Source: Hydrolagus affinis
Lineage: Eukaryota
Length of the DNA: 64,000 nucleotides
Assembly (NCBI GenBank): GCA_012026655.1
Contig: JAAILG010001153.1
Location: forward strand, 1 to 64,000
Reading direction: 5' to 3'
Both the position numbers and the translations under genes were made by a program. The notes under the pieces were generated by a model that was not told the origin of the DNA, did not search any database, and saw nothing but the letters and a program-made list of their open reading frames with translations. Position 1 is the stretch's first letter. Each line of letters starts with the position of its first letter. Positions 12,049 through 23,647 of this stretch are shown here, one piece after another.

Positions 12049-15000
12049 GAAAATAAGGGGCTTTTGAAAATAAGTTTGTTTACATCTATAAAATATTAAT
12101 TATTTACTCCTTGAAGGATTATTGGCAGATTGTCAGTAAACTGAATTAAAAAGAAGTGTTTGATCCTTGTTGGAACAGACTGTAGTATGATGCTCTGTAT
12201 CCCTTCGGTCCCCCATTGGCTCATTTCTCATCCAACACTGTATCTCCCCAAGTGACCGTTCATGTCTGACTGAATAACAAATACCTTCTATGACTATTTC
12301 CTTCTTATTTCAGCTGCCCAGACTTTGCATTCTTTAGTCAAGAATAACTCTTGACACATCTGTGGGCACAAACAAAGGAGTTAACCTACATGAAATTTTT
12401 ATTTGTTTCAATCAATATTTTAGTAGTAATACTTTATCACAAATGTTTTAGTTTATCTGAAATTTGACTTCCTATCCTGAAATTGACTTCAACAATTATG
12501 CACACACAAAGTAAGATAACTTTTATGAGTAGCACAATATGAGTAGCAAATTAAATATTTTATATATCACCCCATATCCCATTTGAGTTATCAGAAACAG
12601 AATTATTTTTGATGCAAACAGTTATAAAAACATGCGAGTACTGATTTAATTACAAATGAATGAAGCTGACATGAAATGCTTTATTCATTACATACAAAAA
12701 GGTATGGGGTAAATATTTGAACATTATGCAGCCTCAGATTTATATCTACTCATCCTGATGTGATGTCTTGCAATAGATGTTATCTTTGACCAAGCAGAAT
12801 AAAAAAAAGGTGTATAAAAATATAGCAAAATGTATGCGTGACCTTTCATAAAAAAAACTGGGGAATAAAATCTATAATAAACATACTGGATACATGACCT
12901 AACACTCCAGTGGAAAATATCAAGGTACATAACCTGTATAAAAAAAAGCATGTGACCTATTATATAAAAAAGAATATAGCCTTTAATAAAATTACTGTGA
13001 TCAAAAGAATCATAAAATACTGTGTGAATCATATTTTCACCTCTACCAGGACTAAAGCAAATATATTTAAAAAATGCTTTCAAGAGCTTGTTAGCCAAAG
13101 TTAGTGTCTAAAGCTTTATTTCAAACAAAAGCCAGCTACTGCAGTTAATTGACTGAGGGGAACTGAGTTTATGGTCAAAGAGAAGCTTTTAAAATCCTGT
13201 CAGATATTCAATTTCCTGAAAGCTTCTCTGCGCTGATGGTAGTTGTTTAATTTGGCATCTTTATTTTCTTTGGGGGCTTTAATTACTGCTGACATCTTTG
13301 CCCTCATTATGCAGCCTTGCATTGTGTGGTGGAGGCACACCTTTCAGTTCAGGTTGAAGTGACAACAATTATGTTTGGCAGTAAGCGAGATGGTAAGTCT
13401 AATTATCATTGTGATGTGAAGCAAAGGTTAGTTTCAGCAAAATCATTGAACATGTAAGATTTTCTGTTCATACCTGCCCTGTCACTGTTACCATAATGTG
13501 ATAATAACTCCTTTCTTCTAAAACACTTGTCATTTCAGAAGGATTTTATTGTTCCTGTTATCAGGCATAATTAAATGGCAAGATAGTTAGTTTCTTCTTA
13601 AATCGTGTTCTTTAGAAGGAAATATATAGAGTGAGCAGAACATACTTCATGTAGATTCATTGATGTTTTTGAAGAAGGTAGCATTTTCACTGCAAGTTCT
13701 GGCCAGCACTCCCTCCCCCTCACTGCTTCCAAACCTTGGAGACTTATGAAAGCTAAATCATAGACTGTGAATTCTTCCAGCTCCTGTCAGCTTGCTGTAC
13801 CAGCTCATTAAAGTGATAATTACTCGCAAATGTGATCAGCCAAGAAAAAAAATTACCACGTTTGTTTGCTGGCTTAGGTACTTTGCAGCCTATCTAATTG
13901 TGTCCTTGTATCGCAATTCCGAGGGAAATATTTACTCCTTATTACAGTAATAGGGAAATGGTTTCCTCCTGGTATTTTTACTCGCTGGGAGCCAGGTTGA
14001 AGCTGTTGCGCAATCTCCTGCAGAAGGAAAATTTTTAACATCTGCATTACCTCTCATCTGATGGAGATTTTCTTCCCCCAATAAACTTGATGCAGCAATG
14101 AACATTTTGAAAGGATCATCACGGCTGGGCACATGGTGCTTTCTCTCCCTCCTCTTTCGTTCACTCTGTACACTCCAGGGCACTAAACAGTTCAATTACC
14201 TAACAAACTGTAAAATTGCTAATTAGTGTGGTGCATCTCCGCTCCATCTAACAGACTCCATTAAGACCACATTTAAATTCATTTAGCGAGATACTGATGC
14301 TCAAGCTTTTTTTTTAGTTGTTGATTTATTCAAACTTTTTTTTCAAAAAACTGTATATTTCAGTACACTTGTGGTAAGCGCATAGTCTGTTTCATCCACT
14401 AGTTTGAACAGGCAAAATGCTGTTGCTTCTTCATGGGGTTTGGATGTAAGAATGTTTACTCATTCACTGGGCATTCACAAAGCTGGTTACAGAATTGCTG
14501 ATATGTGCCTGGAATTGATCTTTCCGATTGAAACATCTAGCCATTTACATGTAAATTACAGACAACCGAAAGAGGCCCTAAATTGAGAGCAAGTGTGGAA
14601 GAATATTTTTTTTAAAAAAAGTCTTGCATGTGTATCTATCACCTACACAAAAACTGCATACAATTTGGTTGATTTATAATGAGTCATATTTTCTAATACA
14701 GAAATTAATCTGCTAATCTGGCAGTTGTTTACTCCCAGTTGGATTCTTCCCTCTCTCACCATTCCCTGTACATACTCCTCCAATCCATGCCAGCCACAGC
14801 AGCCAAACTGCCCCAGGCAAAGTCGCAATGTTGTTCTCCTAAACCGCAACCAGAGATTCGTTTGCCTTTCTCGTCCGCTTTGACCTCTCTGCTTTTCTAT
14901 TACATGATCACTGCGTTCGTCTCCCACTGTTTCTCCTCACTGCTCCACCTCCATCATTTTGTCCTTTCCTGTTTTCACTCTTGTGACCGGCTGAAAATGT

Positions 15001-15153
15001 AGGTGGGTGACTGTGTGAGCGTGTGAGTGGGTGAGGGGTTGAGGGTGTGAATGGCTGAGGGTTAGAGTGGGTTAGGGTGTGATCTGATGTGGGTGTGAGT
15101 GGGTGAGGGGATGAGTGGGTGAGGTTGTGAGTGGCTGAAGATGTGAGCGGGTT
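15001..15153. repeat. Degenerate GT-rich tandem repeat (about 24-bp unit, gtgtgagtgggtgaggggttgagg)
   Basis: Recurrent gtgagtgggtgagggg / gtgaatggctgagg / gtgagtggctgaag units. Confidence 0.65.
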
Positions 15154-15709
15154 GATTACACTACATTTTGCTTTGATTAACCATATCAAATTTGAATATG
15201 AAAAATATATTTAAACACTATTGTAAAGAATTGAATCCAAAATTTGGGGCCATAAATATGACAGTCAGTAACAGAACCAAAGGTTAGGGGGATTATTATG
15301 CAGATAGTGGTGAGAGAATGTGGGACTCACTACTGGAAACTGGTGGAAGCGGAAAGCAGAAATAATAGGAAACTTGAGGCATTCATGAGGGAGAAGGGAA
15401 TAGAGGGGAATAGAATTGAGGTGGAGGCTCTGGTTTAATGTGATAAAGTGTTATTAAAAATGGAAGTTCTTGTTGAATAAAGAATTGAATTCCTTTTATT
15501 TGTTCTGCAGTGATAACAATAACTGTATTTCTATAGTCTCTATTCATAAGCTATTGGAATGAGTATGCATGGCAATATAAAAAGAAATTACCATGCCTCA
15601 AAATATATACAGTTAATTCACTTTACAGTATATTCTGTGAAGTGCTTTGAGATGTCTCAAAGCTGTGATAAGTCACAATATCAAATGCACGTATTATTAT
15701 TATAGAAAT

Positions 15710-16039
15710 GGCTTTTCACATCTTAAAGTGCTTCACAGAATATACTATAAAGTGAACAAAACACAAAATATTACAGATGCTGGGAATCTGAAACAAAAAC
15801 CATATTATGAAGTGAATTGACTATATATTTGTGGGAGAACGCGGCAGCCAATCGCACACAGCAGTGTCCAACAAATAAACATGGATTGAGTGACCAAATT
15901 ATTATTGGATTTTTTTGAGGGATTATTCTTAGGTATGTGGAGCAAGGAAACTTGCCCAAGATTTCGGCCTGCTGGTAATCAAACCCAGGTCTCTCGCTTG
16001 CGAGGCCAGTGGTACAACCACTGAGCTACAGGACTCCAC
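15710..16039 (-). mobile_element. tRNA-derived SINE, near full-length, with a 45-nt insertion at 15757-15801
   Basis: Ends in ccactgagctacaggactccac (reverse-complemented head) and contains the gcggcagccaatcgcacacagcagtgtcc core. Confidence 0.88.
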
Positions 16040-16729
16040 AATGTGATGTCCAGATGGTGAGCAGACAATTGTGTTATGTTGCCTGGGGTCTGGGATGTGG
16101 GTTGGGAATTGGTGGAGAGTGGGCTGGGGCAGATCTGGTACAAACATCCTCACTACTTTATAGAATTTACCTGTGGTTTGGCGATTCGTTACAAATCGCA
16201 TATTTCAATAATCACGAACCACAGGTTTCCGTGTGTGGGAGGGATTAGCATTTCAGTTTTGATGCAGAGCAAAAGCCTGATTGATTTCACAGTATTGCTT
16301 GCAAGTTCCCTAAACACAGTTTCCAGGTTCTCTCTCCCCATCTCCCCAAATTCTTCAAAATATAGAAGTATTTAGTTTTCTGTAACAGACATAATGCTTC
16401 CCTTCTTTCCTATACGCCCACCCCCCCAACCTTCCCTTCCCCTCCCCCCCAACTCCTCTTATGAAACCATATGTATCTACCTAGTTCCTGTTTGAATCTA
16501 GCCTCAATCAATGTCTTTCATGTTATGAAGATTTACTGTAAAGTGTGGTCACCGTAGTATATTTTGTAGACGAATGTGACACTCAATTTGCACGCAGGAC
16601 TATTCCCCAAAAAGTCATGAAGTGAATGATCAATTTTATCTGTTGGTCAGATCACCAGTGGAAAACTCCATTGTTTTTTCAAGTAGGGTCATAGGATCTT
16701 CAATGTCCACCTGAACAGGTAGACAGTTT

Positions 16730-16912
16730 AATAATAATAACGCTAATCCTTGCATTTGATATAGCGCTTTTCATGTTTTCTAGCCGTCAAAAAGCGCTTC
16801 ACAGAACAGACTGTAAAGTGACTTGACTTTATATTCGTGGGCGAATTGCGGCAGCCAATTGCGCGCAGCAGTGTCCCACAAACAGTCGTGGATTGAAATG
16901 AAATGAAATGAA
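16730..16912 (-). mobile_element. SINE 3' half
   Basis: aatccttgcatttgatatagcgcttttca...gcggcagccaattgcgcgcagcagtgtcccacaaacagtcgtgga. Confidence 0.88.
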
Positions 16913-17726
16913 TTTAACATCTCATTCAGAGTATGACACTTCAAGGAGACACAGATGATTGAACGTCTCATTCAAGGACAGGGTTGTAGGGTTGCAGGTC
17001 GGGGGTGGTAGAGGTGCGGGTGTGTGAGGCGGTGGAGGGAATTGAAAGTGAGAATGAGGACCTTGAACTGGACCTGGGGTTGTTGTGCCTGTGAAACCAA
17101 GTGAAGAATGAGAATTAATCAGTTCATCTGTGTAATTGGCCCAGGCATGGGGGATACATCGTTTGCATGCTTCTGCATGTCTCCCATCCAACCCACGCAG
17201 TGGGCAAGCTTTCATCACATTCTGGATCTCCACCCCAGCATCCCTCTGCCTCACCCCTCCCCTCTCCATCTTCAGGACCTGTAATTTTATCTCACCTTCA
17301 TTAACCTCCTCTATATCGTTCCTTCCCCTTCCCCACTGGCTCTTAGTCTGCTCTCTGCCGAGCTTTTTTGATGTCCTCCAATTTGAAATATGCGATTTAT
17401 TTGTTTGTTTGTGTAAATTGTTATTTACTTTGCGGCTATTATATTGACATTGCGGTGTTCAAACTGGCTGCCACGTTCGCTTAAAATTATACGGTCACTA
17501 CACGTTACAGTATTTCACCTGTGGCGATTTTGGGGGGATGTCCAGATGTTTTGGTGTTATATCGACTGCAGCGATTATTATGAATCGATTGAAATTTAAG
17601 CCAATTTGGCTTCCTTTGGTTTTAAGTCTCACACAATCAAGCACCAAGTCTGAACGGAAACCGCACGAAAAACCAGTGTCAGCAGCACCGCCAGTCCAAC
17701 ACATCAATCATACCAAGTCATCATCA

Positions 17727-17903
17727 TAATAATAATCCTTGCATCCGATACACAGCGCCTCATCAAGGCCCTTGACAGTCTCAAAGTGCTTCGCAGCCCA
17801 CGGCGCAAATTAAGTCCACTGCGTGTTTTTGTGGGCGAAACAAGGCAACCGGTCGCGCGCGGCGGAGTCCCACACGCGGTGGTGGGAACCGACCGAATGA
17901 CCG
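17727..17903 (-). mobile_element. SINE 3' half embedded in the promoter edge, GC-shifted
   Basis: taataataatccttgcat...tctcaaagtgcttc...tttgtgggcgaaac...gtcccaca is collinear with the 16730 copy. Confidence 0.8.
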
Positions 17904-18407
17904 AGGTGCCATTGCCATTGTCGCTGCCGTCTATTGTATACAAATGGGGCACCGGGTAAAAGTTGGAAAGGCGGTTTCAGGGACTGGAAGGTGCAGCCAG
18001 TGAGGGTGTGGGGGGGTGGGGGGGGGCAGAGGAGGGAGAGGTCCCCACAGAAGGTGTGGCGAGAACAGCAGTGATTTGAGAAGAGGGCTCTGTGTTGCTT
18101 GTTGGCCGCACCCACTTCCAGGGGCATGTCTACCTCCAAGCAGAGGGAGGGGAGCCACATGCCAGTGACGGGCTGTGCGCGGCTGTGCGGTGCGTGAGCG
18201 ATAGCAGAGAGGAGGGAGGGAGGGAGGGAGGGGAGCCCGCAGCTCAGCTCAGCCTGTGCAGTGGGAGAGTGTGGTATCACCCCGGCTGCTCTCTTGTCAC
18301 TCACTCAGTCAGTCAGTGACTGGGTCCTGAGAACAAGTGCGAACCTCCGCCTCTCTCTCCTGTGTGTGAGAGACACCAGCCAAGCGGCCGAGCTGGAGCC
18401 CTTCAGA

Positions 18408-18444
18408 ATGACGATGTTTAAAGGCAAGCGTCGCAATCAGCGAT
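18408..18444 (+). CDS. RALYL: RALYL alternative first coding exon (short, RRM-less isoform N-terminus MTMFKGKRRNQR + 1 nt)
   Basis: ATG ACG ATG TTT AAA GGC AAG CGT CGC AAT CAG CGA T is followed by donor GTGAGT at 18445. The phase-1 end joins the AT of the 38238 exon to make TAT (Tyr), giving ...[13 protein letters not shown]. This matches my recollection of the mammalian short RALYL isoform start ([21 protein letters not shown]). It sits in a GC-rich promoter-like block. Confidence 0.85.
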
Positions 18445-18594
18445 GTGAGTATCCGTTTCCCCGTGTGAGCATCGCCAGGTCTGCCGAGCTCTGCCGCAAA
18501 CCCTGTCTTGTCTTGTTTAGCCCAAAATGAAAGGCAATTGAGGGAAGGGAGAGCAGGTAAGGGAAGCTGCGGAGTGGGAAGGCTGTGGTGAGAG

Positions 18595-18780
18595 NNNNNN
18601 NNNNNNNNNNNNNNNNNNNNNNNNNNNNNNNNNNNNNNNNNNNNNNNNNNNNNNNNNNNNNNNNNNNNNNNNNNNNNNNNNNNNNNNNNNNNNNNNNNNN
18701 NNNNNNNNNNNNNNNNNNNNNNNNNNNNNNNNNNNNNNNNNNNNNNNNNNNNNNNNNNNNNNNNNNNNNNNNNNNNNNNN
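18595..18780. other. Assembly gap (186 N)
   Basis: Run of N. Confidence 1.
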
Positions 18781-21700
18781 TCTCCCATTTTCCCAGATTG
18801 ACCACAATGATCCATCCGTTCACCAGAACTTTATATTACTTGAGAATCGGTTTGCGTTTGTGTCTCAGTGGTCCAAATAACACTATAATATATATGTGTA
18901 CAGGGATATATTTTTTAAATACACGTGTGACGTGTGTGTTTTCACTGAGATCACCTGTGAACTTGTTTTATTTTAAATTCCATTCCAACTATCTATCTCT
19001 GGGATGCGCAGGTGGGATGCATGGAAATCTCAGTTTGGTTTGGATCCTCTTAAGCGCGGTGATGGGTTTCCACATGTGTCAGACACCTGGCAGACCCCCC
19101 CCCCCCCCCGCCAAAAAAAAAAAATCATGAATTTAATTCTGAATCTTGAGCAGTTGGGTAGAACAATGAAAGTTCAGAGATTTTTATTGTAAGGATTTGC
19201 TAATAAGCTGTGTTAAATAACTGAGCGATATGTATAATGTTCAGGTGGGAGGAAGAAAGTTTAAAATAATGTGATAGGGAATGATTGACAAATGAAGGGT
19301 CCATTAGCAGTTTGTTATTTGGAGTTTGTTTGGGGAGAGAAAACAGCATCACCAATTTATATAAACTTCATTTACTTGAGAGCGAGCGAGAGAAACGATT
19401 TGTTTTAAAGTGCAATCAGTTTAGAGTGATATTGAAAAGAAATGTGCCCAGCAAGGAATGTTACTGTTAAGATAAATAACGAAGTTGATGCATAGCCTCT
19501 GGGGCAAATCGTGCAGTGTTCACACTATCATTCAAATTGTCCCTGAAAAAACACAGCAACTGTGCCATCATTCTATTGAATGAGACAACGGGATGACAAA
19601 CATTTAGAGCTTAATTCATTTATTACTGGGAGATGGCGGGGAGGAAGAGAGAGGAAGAACTTTATGGACAGACTTCTGAGCTGCAGGCAATGTTTGTGTA
19701 ATAAAAACTGTTTAATACCAAATGGTTCCAAGACAATTGATCTGTGGAAGAAAAAAAGAGAGAGACGTTATCGTTTTGATGTGGAGTAAAAGGCAATTGT
19801 TAAATCGGCAGCAAAACAAACTCAGAAGCAATGCAGTTTGTGTTTTCACATTCATCTTTCTGTATTATCTACCTGTTTTCAATATACAGTATAACACCCC
19901 CACCCCCAGTACCAGAAATTGTCTACAATTTCTCTATTTTACACAAACTGGGTGTATTGGACACAGAATCAATCGTGTTGCACATTCTGGAAAACTGTTT
20001 CAATTTTGGTGCAATCGTTCCTCTCAGCCTTGGAGATCATTATGCTTGTATTCAACCGTGCTTTTCATGTTTCTGGATTGATTGAGGACTAACATTTATA
20101 CATTATACCCGTGTGTTTGTGAACAAAAGATTGTTCTCAGATCATAAATTCCTGGACCATGCTCCACTCTGAACAACGTTATGTATTATTTAATAATCAT
20201 ATTGCTTGTGTTTGATTGAGTGCCTTATCACGTCTTTGAGATATCTCAAAATGCTTTACAGTATATACAGTATTGTAAAGTGTATTGACTATTTTGTGGG
20301 CAAAACATGGTAGCCAATTGTATACAGCAGTGTCTCAGAAACATTTGCAATATTTTGAATTTATAATTAATAATAATGCAGAATAATAATGCTTATATTG
20401 ATATAGCGCCTTTCATTTCAGGAGGACGTCTGTCACAAAGTGATTCATAGAATGTAGCGTAATGAGTGTATTTTGCCAGCTAAATAAATTTTATATATAT
20501 ATATTATTATAGGGAAGTTTCAATATTGAGCTAAACATAATCTAGTATTGTGTCTGCACTGATGTGGGAAAATATCACACTACAGAGCATGTGTGTTCAG
20601 GATTAGAGCTGGTGTACTTGGAATTTTCGCTAGAATTTATCTTAAAATTATTCTATCATGCCTCTGTTATAGTTTTATAGTTGTTGTGGATTTGTATCTT
20701 TGGTTCTTCACACTCTTCCACAATCCTGCCCCCCTGTCCCCCCCCCACTGCCCCCCCCCCCTCCCCCCTCCACCACCTCCCCCCACATAGACACACACCA
20801 TGACCCTAACCAAACCATTGAGTGAAGTTGTCAGGTGGAGGGACAAGCACGTCTGATTGTTTGGCTCCAGACCAGCACTGGTAGATAGCTGAGGGCATGC
20901 TGCATTCACACAGATAAACCTTCAGAAATAGGCAACGGCGCAGAGAGGAAAATGCATTGAAAACAAATGCAAAACATGTCAGAAAGTATGGCACGGCCAA
21001 GGACACTTTAAGATCGGTGTCCAATACTCATTATTGAGAGAAGGAGGGGTTCATTTGCTCAATCCATCAGAACAAATATTCAGAGCTCTTCATCATTATG
21101 TTTCTATGGTATTATTTTAAGGGTGAGTTATGTACAGAATAAATCAGGGATAAAAATAAGGGTTTGCAACTGTGACTTGAAAGGCTGCAAATTTAAAACT
21201 ACAGCTCATGGCAGGATTCCAGTCTTGGAGTGAATTGGAAGAAAGAGAAAGGGACGGAATGATCTCAGCCCTGCAATGCAAATCTGCAATACTTTACACT
21301 TGTCATTGTAATGTTTTCATTATAATCAATTATTAATCAATAGGAAACTCTTGCACCAAAATGAAGAGTGTTCCAATTGCGTAATGTTTAATTTATTTAG
21401 TGAATATTGCAGAGACTATACAATTGTATGCTTTAGATGTAATGTCCAATGCTTTATAATATTTTCATAGAAAGTCTTCACAGCCATTTAAGATTCATGA
21501 AATGTTTGTGTGGAATGAAAGAGCCAATGCAATACCCGAAGGATACAAGACTATCACAACAGCTAAAACTAATGAACATATTTATCAATGCCCATGTGTG
21601 TGTTTTCCCCAAGCTTGACACAGTTGATGCAATGATAAAAACCTTCATTTGTTTGAAAGGGTAATTTCATTAATGGGCTCTATTGATAATGTTGCTGGGA

Positions 21701-23449
21701 TCAGAGGTTTGTATTCTCATGGTTTGTTCTGCAGCCTTGTTCATGGTGCACGCCTCATGGTTTTTAGTCTGATGCTGGCAGGGACCTGTCCCTGGGGTTG
21801 AACCAGGCTTGTGGATTTGGTTGGTTAAAGACAGATAGATAGTCTGCTCATTCGTGCCCACTAAGTCCATGCCCAGTGAGCAGCTCCTTCCTTCAAATAA
21901 CATCTAGTGTCAAAGTGTCATATTTTAGCCAGATGTAGAGTGTGGTTGATTTGGGGGAGAGTTTTTGTTTGGTAATCCAAGACAAGCTTTCCTCTACAAT
22001 TGCTCAGATGGGTATATGCTCAGTTGTAGATGAGGTGGAGCAAATTTAATACAACATAGTTGTGGGGATTTTTAAAAAAAAACTGGATAAATAAGTGGCT
22101 TATTACGGCATCTGGTGGCATGGCAATGGTGGAGGTTATCAAAGGAGATGTAGATTAGAAGCAGGGTTAAGTTAACCCATGATGGGGGTGGGGGGAGAGA
22201 AAGAAAGGAATCATTTAAAGATCCCAACTCCCCTCCCCTACTGTGTTCTTCCACAGTCGGTTACACTTGCAGTGCACAAGAAGGTAGACTGAAGATTTGG
22301 GGGGATGCAGATGGGAGTTTTCATCCACCTCATGAAAGATAAGAAAAATCTACCATCAACATTTAACACAAAAGCGTGCAAGTGTTCCCCCCTATATTTT
22401 AAAAAATATAAAGTGCCAATATCTTTATCATCATGCAAGAAAATTAGCTGTCAGTCTAAACGCAGGGATTTATATAATATACAAGTTTTAAGAAAATATG
22501 TTGAAGCAAGGACACCCGGTTGTTGTTGCTGTAAAAGAGTGATTGAAGAGCTCTTTAATGTATTGCATTAATATGAATTGCTCAAGTATCGTAGAAAGGA
22601 AACCAAGAATACAGGGAGATAAATTAGCATTGAGAGAGGAATGCGCCTGGGAATGGAAAATAGGCAGTTGTCAGTCAGGAGATAAAAATGTATGTTGAAT
22701 AACTAAATAAATCATCCAGTGTTGGGAAGAGAGTTGTTTAGGAAGGTTGGAGTGTCTTATATTGAACCCTGGCTAGTTTACCATGGAAAAAAATAAGAAA
22801 TGACAGTGTTAAGAATGGAATGTTCAAGCCAAGAATCAACTTCTCATCTTTTAATAGTTTTTGCAAAAAATCATTATTGTCGTAGGCATTGTGATGTTTT
22901 AGAAAACATTTCACACCGTGAGTAGAGACCTAATGTTTTGTAAGTGTTTGTAGAAGAAGAGAAATCCAACTGCAGTCCGGAGATTGCTACTGGAGGAAAC
23001 TGAATTGCAATGTGTGCCAAGTGAAAGGATTTTGGCAATTACACAAATCGATCTCCAGCAAATGAGTGGAATAAGGTGGTAGAATTACCAACTTGTTACC
23101 TAGAATTACACAGAACAAAACGGCACAGAATCATATACAGTACAGACACGAGTCCGTGCCGAGTCCGTGTTTATACTCCACACCGCTCCCGCTTCTGTCT
23201 CTCATACCCTTGTAATTCCCTTCTCCATTGTGTTTGGGTCACATATCCTCTTAATTATGTTGATGACTGTACTGTTTTAAATAAAATCAGCCGAGATCAG
23301 GGAACCTATTCATTGGTTGTGCATAAGTGAATTGTTTAAAAAGAGGAAGTTAATTCTGTCAGTCTGATTAGATTCCTATCCTCAGTAAGACCATGTTTAT
23401 AAATGTCGTTGGTGTGTGTGTGGGTGGGGAGATTGAATATTTAATAATC

Positions 23450-23647
23450 TCTCGAAAAAACACCCAATAATAAAATCGGTCATTTTCAATCCACAACTGT
23501 TTGTGGGACACTGCTGTGTGCAATTGGCTGCTGCATTTCACCCACAAATGTACAGCCAATTCACTTTACAGCATATTCTGTTAAGTACTTGGAGATGTCT
23601 AGAAGACGTGATAAGGCGTTATATCAAATGCAAGGATTATTATTATT
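23450..23647 (+). mobile_element. SINE 3' half
   Basis: tgtttgtgggacactgctgtgtgcaattggctgctgc...tatatcaaatgcaaggattattattat. Confidence 0.88.

Larger units (their letters stand above)
17700..18594 (+). promoter_or_regulatory. GC/CpG-enriched internal promoter and 5' UTR of the alternative RALYL first exon
   Basis: GC and CpG rise sharply relative to the AT-rich flanks. There are G-tracts (18001-18040), a (GGGA)n purine tract (about 18205-18235) and TCAG repeats directly upstream of the ATG at 18408. The TSS cannot be determined from sequence. Confidence 0.7.

Noticed and set aside
1-18000. RALYL RRM-encoding upstream exon
   Set aside because: No SRVFIGNLNT/VHKGYAFVQY-like coding sequence was found, so it presumably lies upstream of the window.
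18309-19130. Long ORFs spanning 18.3-19.1 kb
   Set aside because: They are artefacts of translating through the N gap.
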